Shown here one piece after another: positions 58,848 to 64,000 of a DNA stretch of 64,000 nt. The stretch's first letter is position 1. The number at the start of each line of letters is the position of its first letter. Position numbers and translations under genes: made by a program. The stretch covers positions 23,305 through 87,304 of the forward strand of contig JACPLN010000003.1 of assembly GCA_016186485.1 (NCBI GenBank), in the 5' to 3' direction. The notes below the pieces were generated by a model. That model was not told the origin of the DNA. It worked only from the letters and a program-made list of their open reading frames with translations, and searched no databases. This DNA comes from Candidatus Nealsonbacteria bacterium (GTDB lineage Bacteria; Patescibacteriota; Minisyncoccia; Minisyncoccales; UBA6532).

Positions 58848-59009
58848 ATGGAATCAGGAAAGATAAGATATAGATGCGGGCACGAAAGCGAACTAATTAT
58901 TCTTGATGACAATCCGCTTTCTATTACGGCTTATGAGGAATGGAGAACATCAGTAGGATTTGATGGCGATAGAAGCAAATGCTTTAACTGTTTCTGTTCT
59001 CGTCCTTAG
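58848..59009 (+). CDS. 53-aa putative zinc-binding microprotein (absent from ORF track)
   Basis: MESGKIRYRCGH...CFNCFCSRP; TTGACT-17-TATAAT at 58804-58832, AAGG before ATG. Confidence 0.65.
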   Translation: MESGKIRYRCGHESELIILDDNPLSITAYEEWRTSVGFDGDRSKCFNCFCSRP

Positions 59010-59088
59010 GGGTAAAAGAAAAAGCTTTTCTTTACCCCATTTTTATTTAACCGGGGTAATCACCCTCTCTGGTTCTAAATATGCGCGC

Positions 59089-59253
59089 CTAACGCTTGCT
59101 TTCTTTATGCAAGGTATGTTTCCGGCACCAGTTGCAAAACTTTTTCAATTCCAACCTACGTTCCACTTTGCCCTTGGACTTCTTAACAAAATAATTAACT
59201 CTTTTGCAGGATTCGCAAGCCAGTTTTAAAAACGGTTTTTTCTTTTTTGCCAT
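59089..59253 (-). CDS. rpmG: 50S ribosomal protein L33 (zinc-binding form; absent from ORF track)
   Basis: MAKKKKPFLKLACESCKRVNY...RLELKKFCNWCRKHTLHKE. Confidence 0.95.
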   Translation of the reverse strand: MAKKKKPFLKLACESCKRVNYFVKKSKGKVERRLELKKFCNWCRKHTLHKESKR

Positions 59254-59294
59254 ATTCTTTTAATTTAAAAATTAAAAATGAAAATTTGATTCTG

Positions 59295-59367
59295 AGCCCA
59301 CGCGCAGATTTGCACTGCGGACCTCGTCTTTACCAAAGACGTGCTCTTCTGCCTGAGCTACGTGGGC
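59295..59367 (-). tRNA. tRNA-Thr(GGT), CCA not encoded
   Basis: GCCCACG/CGTGGGC acceptor; CGTCT-TTGGTAA-AGACG. Confidence 0.9.
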
Positions 59368-59390
59368 ACATTGGTGGGCCAAGTCAGACT

Positions 59391-59477
59391 TGGTGGGCAG
59401 GGAGGGACTTGCACCCCCGAAGTCCTTACGGACGTCAGATTTACAGTCTGATGCGTTAGCTGCTCCGCCACCTGCCC
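59391..59477 (-). tRNA. tRNA-Tyr(GTA)
   Basis: TCAGA-CTGTAAA-TCTGA, long variable arm, encoded CCA. Confidence 0.92.
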
Positions 59478-59503
59478 TCCCCTGTTTTTTACCATAAAAA
59501 TGA

Positions 59504-60172
59504 CTATCCTTCAATCTCTTTCCCGTGTTTTTTACGCCACTCTTCTATTTTTTTATGATTGCCAGACAGCAAGACTTTTGGAACTCGCCATCCTTTAAAC
59601 ATTTCTGGTCTGGTGTACTGGGGATACTCAATAAATCCTTTTTCTTTTGTAATCCTTTCTTTTAAAAACTGGGGTTTGCCAAGAACTCCGGGTATAAGCC
59701 TAGATACCGCTTCAATTACAACCATAGACGGCACTTCGCCTCCCATTAAAACATAATCCCCTATTGAAATTTCTTCATCTGCGACGTATTTTGCTACTCG
59801 TTCGTCAACTCCTTCGTACCTCCCGCAAATCATTATCAATCGGTCAAGCTTAGAAAAACGGTAGGCCGTTTTTTGGTTAAATTTTTTACCGCGGGGAGAA
59901 AATAAAATAACCCTGGTTTTGCGGTTTGCACTTTGCGCTTTGGACTTCAGGGCGGCAACCGCCTTATAAATCGGCTCAACTTTCATCAGCATTCCAATGC
60001 CTCCCCCAAATGGCTTGTCGTCCGCTGTTTTATGCCTGTCTTTGGCCCATCTTCTTAAGTTATGCGCCTTAACTGAAATCAGCCCTTTTTTGACAGCCCT
60101 GGCAATGATTGACTCTTTTAAATAGGAATCAAAGATTTCAGGAAAAATTGTAATAATATCAAACCTAACCAT
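59504..60172 (-). CDS. trmD: tRNA (guanine37-N1)-methyltransferase
   Basis: DDKPFGGG, CGRYEGVDER, SIGDYVL.GGE, YPQYTRP. Confidence 0.97.
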   Translation of the reverse strand: MVRFDIITIFPEIFDSYLKESIIARAVKKGLISVKAHNLRRWAKDRHKTADDKPFGGGIGMLMKVEPIYKAVAALKSKAQSANRKTRVILFSPRGKKFNQKTAYRFSKLDRLIMICGRYEGVDERVAKYVADEEISIGDYVLMGGEVPSMVVIEAVSRLIPGVLGKPQFLKERITKEKGFIEYPQYTRPEMFKGWRVPKVLLSGNHKKIEEWRKKHGKEIEG

Positions 60173-60256
60173 AAAGTTATAGTAAAATTATAACATTATT
60201 TTAAAAATGCAAAAGGGTTGGAAAACAAGCCTCCAACCCCTTAACTGGAATGAACT

Positions 60257-60739
60257 TTAGAACAGACCGAGATCTTTGTTGTCTTTCTTCTGGGAAAGCG
60301 TGTTCCTGGGATTAAATGCCAATTTATCATTGCTTTTCCTGATCAAGATCTTTGTATCCTTATCTTTAAGAATAACCCTTATCGCCTTTTTGCAGTCAAA
60401 CTCGGTAAAAATCCCCTTCCACTTCTCTTTCTTTCCTTCCGAGATTTTTTTTGCCAGCCACGTAAAGGAAACGTCCTTTCCGCCGGTTATCTCCGGAAGC
60501 TGGCAAAGAATATCTTTGAAAAATTCTATCTCATCTTTGAACTCTTCTTTGAATTCCGAAGAAGAGCCATTCATATTAAGCAAACACTGAAAAGCTTTCT
60601 CAAAATCACGAATCGTTCTGATTCTTGATAAATTCCTTAATTTCTGGATTTCATCTTTGAAAGCATCCTCGCCGCCCTCTGCGTTCTTTGAAAATTCAGC
60701 CACGATCTCCGCCGCTCTCTCTCTAATATCCGGATTCAT
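60257..60739 (-). CDS. Hypothetical protein (ORFan) between khpA and trmD
   Basis: TTGATT-17-TATAAT promoter (60790-60762); hairpin downstream. Confidence 0.65.
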   Translation of the reverse strand: MNPDIRERAAEIVAEFSKNAEGGEDAFKDEIQKLRNLSRIRTIRDFEKAFQCLLNMNGSSSEFKEEFKDEIEFFKDILCQLPEITGGKDVSFTWLAKKISEGKKEKWKGIFTEFDCKKAIRVILKDKDTKILIRKSNDKLAFNPRNTLSQKKDNKDLGLF

Positions 60740-60790
60740 TTTTTATCGCTCGGTTTCTCCAATTATAGCATAGCTGATATAAAAAATCAA

Positions 60791-60817
60791 CCCGCTCCGA
60801 CTATAGTTCGGAGCGGG
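60791..60817. terminator. Perfect 10-bp hairpin after khpA
   Basis: CCCGCTCCGA-N7-TCGGAGCGGG, followed by T-rich sequence on the - strand. Confidence 0.7.
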
Positions 60818-60844
60818 ATGGAACGTCCAAGGATAAACGATATT

Positions 60845-61159
60845 TTAGAGTTTCAGATCTTCCAAATCCTTATCAGAAGATCTTTTTCCCTGAGGCCTGC
60901 CGCCTGCTGGCTCTTCAATCTTAAGATTCACTCTAGCGTGGTTCTTAAGACCGACGATTCTAACCAGCGTTCTGATTGATCTGGCAGTTGATCCTTCGCG
61001 ACCAACAACCTGACCCATATCTTCGGGGTGAACCTTCAATGAAAGAAGGACGCCCATTTCGTCAACCTTCCTGTCGATCTCTACATCGTCAGGATGATCA
61101 ACCAAGGCCTTTATCACAAACTCAAGGAAATCTTGGTCTGGAGTTGTTGCTTTAGCCAT
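60845..61159 (-). CDS. khpA: KH-domain RNA-binding protein KhpA
   Basis: LVDHPDDV, DMGQVVGREG.TA.SIRT; follows rpsP; start placed at ATG 61159. Confidence 0.92.
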   Translation of the reverse strand: MAKATTPDQDFLEFVIKALVDHPDDVEIDRKVDEMGVLLSLKVHPEDMGQVVGREGSTARSIRTLVRIVGLKNHARVNLKIEEPAGGRPQGKRSSDKDLEDLKL

Positions 61160-61338
61160 TTCTTTTATTCTTTCAATTAAATCTAGAAAACTGATATTCT
61201 TTCGACCTTTTTCTATTACTAATACCAATTATACTCTTCTTGCGAACTTTGTCAACCCCGGTAGTAGATTTTAGACTTACTTCGTAAAATGAAATTTGTC
61301 CAAAATTCACTACGGGGTCAACCCCGATAGCAGAAAGG

Positions 61339-61695
61339 TCAAGCCGCCTTTTTTGCCTCTTCCACTTTTGGCTTTTCTTCCGGCCCTTCCTGGCGAGGCT
61401 CGCCCCCTTCGGGGGCGGCCTGATTTTTTGCCTTTTTGTGGACTGCGATCTTTTGACCCTTAACTATCCCTTCTTTTACCAAAAGATTATGAACCGTATC
61501 AGAAGGTTTTGCTCCTTTAGAAATCCAGTATTCCGCCCTTTCTTTTTTAATTGAGTGCTGTTTGCTCAAAGCGTTATAAAATCCGATTTCTTCAACAAAA
61601 CGCCCGCCCCTCGGAGGGTTTTCTTTATCTGTTACAACAATCTTAAACGATGGCTGGTTCTTTTTACCTATGCGAAACAGTCGTATTACTAGCAT
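61339..61695 (-). CDS. rpsP: 30S ribosomal protein S16
   Basis: IRLFRIGKK.QP, GRFVEEIGFYN, GAKPSDTV. Confidence 0.96.
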   Translation of the reverse strand: MLVIRLFRIGKKNQPSFKIVVTDKENPPRGGRFVEEIGFYNALSKQHSIKKERAEYWISKGAKPSDTVHNLLVKEGIVKGQKIAVHKKAKNQAAPEGGEPRQEGPEEKPKVEEAKKAA

Positions 61696-61702
61696 AATTT
61701 TA

Positions 61703-62392
61703 TTACCACCCTTTTATTTTTAGCGCGTTAGCCGCCGCTTCCTCTTCTCCTTCCTGCTTTGAAGATCCTTCGCCTTCCGCAATAAGTTCCTCTCCCAAAA
61801 ATACCCCTATCACAAAATGTTTTGCGTGATCCGGACCCCATTCTCTTTGCGCCTTATAAACCGGCGTTAGGGCAACTCTTTCCTGGGCTTCTTCCTGGAA
61901 ACGGGATTTCGCGTCTTTAAAAAGCTTTTCCTCTATTATTTTTGCCAGTTCAACAAGCAGATTTTCTTCTATAAATTTATAGCAAGACTTGTATCCAAGG
62001 TCAAGATACAAGCTCCCGATAAATGCTTCAAAGGTATTGGCTAATATGTATTGCCTTGCCTTGCCTTTTTCTTTTGCCTCTCCGTGAGACAGCAAAAGGA
62101 AATCATTAAAATCAAGGGAAGCGGCGGTTTGAGCCAATTTCTTAGCGTTAACCAAGGCCGCTCTCCAAGTGGTCAATTCTCCCTCGGGCTTTGCGGGATA
62201 GCGCTTGTAAAGATATTCTGTCACTACTAACTCTAAAACGGCGTCTCCCAGAAACTCCAGCCTTTCATTGTGCCGCAGATTAAGCTCGGGGTTTTCATTA
62301 AGGTAGGACCTGTGGACAAAAGCCTGGGTCAGCAAGTCCTTATTTTTAAATTCTAAACCTAGTTTTTCCTCCAATTTTGAAAAGTCTTTCAT
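61703..62392 (-). CDS. rnc: Ribonuclease III
   Basis: NERLEFLGDAVL signature, dsRBD; start placed at ATG 62392. Confidence 0.96.
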   Translation of the reverse strand: MKDFSKLEEKLGLEFKNKDLLTQAFVHRSYLNENPELNLRHNERLEFLGDAVLELVVTEYLYKRYPAKPEGELTTWRAALVNAKKLAQTAASLDFNDFLLLSHGEAKEKGKARQYILANTFEAFIGSLYLDLGYKSCYKFIEENLLVELAKIIEEKLFKDAKSRFQEEAQERVALTPVYKAQREWGPDHAKHFVIGVFLGEELIAEGEGSSKQEGEEEAAANALKIKGW

Positions 62393-62393
62393 T

Positions 62394-62819
62394 TTATTTC
62401 TGCTCAATTTCTCTGTATACGGTGCCAAGTACGCCGTTGATAAACTTGCCTGAATTTTCCCCTCCGAAGTTCTTGGCCAGCTCTATTGCTTCATTAATGG
62501 CCACTTTCGGAGGCACCTCTTCTTTGCTCGCATAAAGCAGTTCATAAAGCCCGACCCTTAAAACATTTCTATCCACAATAGTAATTTGTTCAAGAGGCCA
62601 TTCGGGAGCCGCTTTCTCAATAACTTTATCTAGTTTGGGTAAATGATCAACAACTCCATTGACTAACTGCCAAATAAAATTGGGGTCTTCAAGCCCCGGA
62701 CCAAATTCTTGAATGTTCCTTTCAACGATCCTTTTAAGAGCTTCCGGTTTTTTGCCGTAAAAATCCCATTCATACAAAGATTGCATAGCTATAGATCTTG
62801 ATAAGTGTCTAGATGCCAT
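62394..62819 (-). CDS. nusB: Transcription antitermination factor NusB
   Basis: [25 protein letters not shown]. Confidence 0.96.
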   Translation of the reverse strand: MASRHLSRSIAMQSLYEWDFYGKKPEALKRIVERNIQEFGPGLEDPNFIWQLVNGVVDHLPKLDKVIEKAAPEWPLEQITIVDRNVLRVGLYELLYASKEEVPPKVAINEAIELAKNFGGENSGKFINGVLGTVYREIEQK

Positions 62820-63069
62820 GTTCTTTTTCTGTTTCTTTCTCTTTTACTGATATTTCTTTCTCTTTAGCCTTTCTTTCTTTCTTGGTCAATTTTTTCATAA
62901 CATCAATTACTTCTTTCCCTTTGTAATAGCCGCAGTTCTTGCAAACAGCGTGCGGAAGCGATGGTTTTCCGCACTTTTCACAAACGGCTAAAACCGACCT
63001 CTTTATAAAAAGGTGCATTCTGCCTTTATTCCTTCTTGATTTTGTATGATGGCTCCGAGGAACTCCCAT
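62809..63069 (-). CDS. rpmF: 50S ribosomal protein L32
   Basis: MGVP, CEKCG...[12 protein letters not shown]. Confidence 0.95.
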   Translation of the reverse strand: MGVPRSHHTKSRRNKGRMHLFIKRSVLAVCEKCGKPSLPHAVCKNCGYYKGKEVIDVMKKLTKKERKAKEKEISVKEKETEKEHGI

Positions 63070-63133
63070 AAACAAAACTTAACAAAAAAACATCATCCTG
63101 GCAACTATTGATAATTAAAGGGGGTTATTGTTA

Positions 63134-64000
63134 TTAAATTTTAGTTACTATTACTTTTCCGTCTGCTCCAGCGCCTCCATTTCCACCATTTCCGCCGTAA
63201 ATATAAAAACACCAGGGATAACCAGCCGCTCCTCCTCCGCCGCCGCTGCCAGAACCTCCGGAAGCGCCACTTTGACCAACGGTGCCTTCAGTGCCAGATT
63301 TAAATACGCCTCCTGCTCCGCCGAACAATCCCTTACCTTTCAACCCGCTAGTGCCTCCGGAAAAACTCGGACAAAAATTATTCCCGCCGCTTCCGCCAAG
63401 ACCTCCTAGCCCGCCCTTTGCCTCTATTGTCCCCAAAGAAAGCAAATCCTTATATATTAATTTTACGGTTCCGCCGCTGCCTCCTCCGCCTCCGCCGCCT
63501 CCTCCAGCAGAACTATTAGTATTTGACCCATTTGACCCATTTTGCCCATTAGCCTGGATAGCTCCAAGATTATTGAGTTTTTTGGCATAGATATCTACTA
63601 TGCCGCCGCCTGCGCCACCAATACCTGCGGGAGTCGGACTGCCATAATCATAATTTCCTCCATAACCTCCGTTACCCCCTTTTTGTGCCTTGAAAAAAGT
63701 ATCGGTAATGCTGCCTTGATTAGTAAGAATGCCCTTTAATTTTATCTTGTGTCCATTAACGTCTAAAACAGCGCCGCTGTTTACTGTAAGATTATTGTAT
63801 TCCATATCTCTTTCAAGAACGGTATTTGAAGAAATCACCGCATCGCCGTCGCCGCCGCTTCCAAAAGCAAGAAAATCAAGCATGCTGCCCAAACACCCAA
63901 ATTCATTGCTGCAGATATCGTTCGCGGTTTGAACCTTTCCCTTATCCACAATCAAACCGAATTCAGCTCCGCCGGTGTTCAATATCAGGCCGCCTGCTTT
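63134..64000 (-). CDS. Glycine-rich surface/fibre-like protein (5' partial)
   Basis: Frame open to the window edge; GGGG/GGAG repeats alternating with short beta strands; ends G.VIV. Confidence 0.75.
   Translation of the reverse strand, partial: KAGGLILNTGGAEFGLIVDKGKVQTANDICSNEFGCLGSMLDFLAFGSGGDGDAVISSNTVLERDMEYNNLTVNSGAVLDVNGHKIKLKGILTNQGSITDTFFKAQKGGNGGYGGNYDYGSPTPAGIGGAGGGIVDIYAKKLNNLGAIQANGQNGSNGSNTNSSAGGGGGGGGGSGGTVKLIYKDLLSLGTIEAKGGLGGLGGSGGNNFCPSFSGGTSGLKGKGLFGGAGGVFKSGTEGTVGQSGASGGSGSGGGGGAAGYPWCFYIYGGNGGNGGAGADGKVIVTKI

Noticed and set aside
63134-64000. Nucleotide tandem repeat in the glycine-rich gene
   Set aside because: The low complexity reflects Gly codons with varied third positions, not a DNA repeat.

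Overview
AT-rich bacterial chromosome segment whose gene content (streamlined housekeeping genes, short AspRS, MurF with N-terminal membrane segments, many leaderless genes) suggests Patescibacteria/CPR, probably Parcubacteria; this assignment is an inference. Genes run mostly on + up to ~26,030 and mostly on - afterwards, which suggests the replication terminus. A Xer-type recombinase with an 11-6-11 dif-like site just upstream sits at ~23,020. Core content covers peptidoglycan/division genes (PBP2, murF, femX-like, ftsQ, murD, ftsW, murG, murL, mraY, dacA, ftsZ, ftsEX), four aminoacyl-tRNA synthetases, the CIRCE-hrcA-grpE-dnaK-dnaJ operon, a frameshifted prfB, ribosomal proteins and five tRNAs. 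Many self-contained promoter-ORFan-terminator units are interspersed. Highlights: (1) DnaJ has HPH instead of HPD and its DnaK has lost the partner Arg; (2) a single-Xer/dif module; (3) a GIY-YIG nuclease with a 3x43-bp hairpin array fused to the tRNA-Trp 3' end; (4) an orphan Csx3/Crn3-like protein; (5) A18/G55 covariation in three tRNAs; (6) a structured unknown RNA upstream of serS. All calls are by eye from motifs; no database searches were run.
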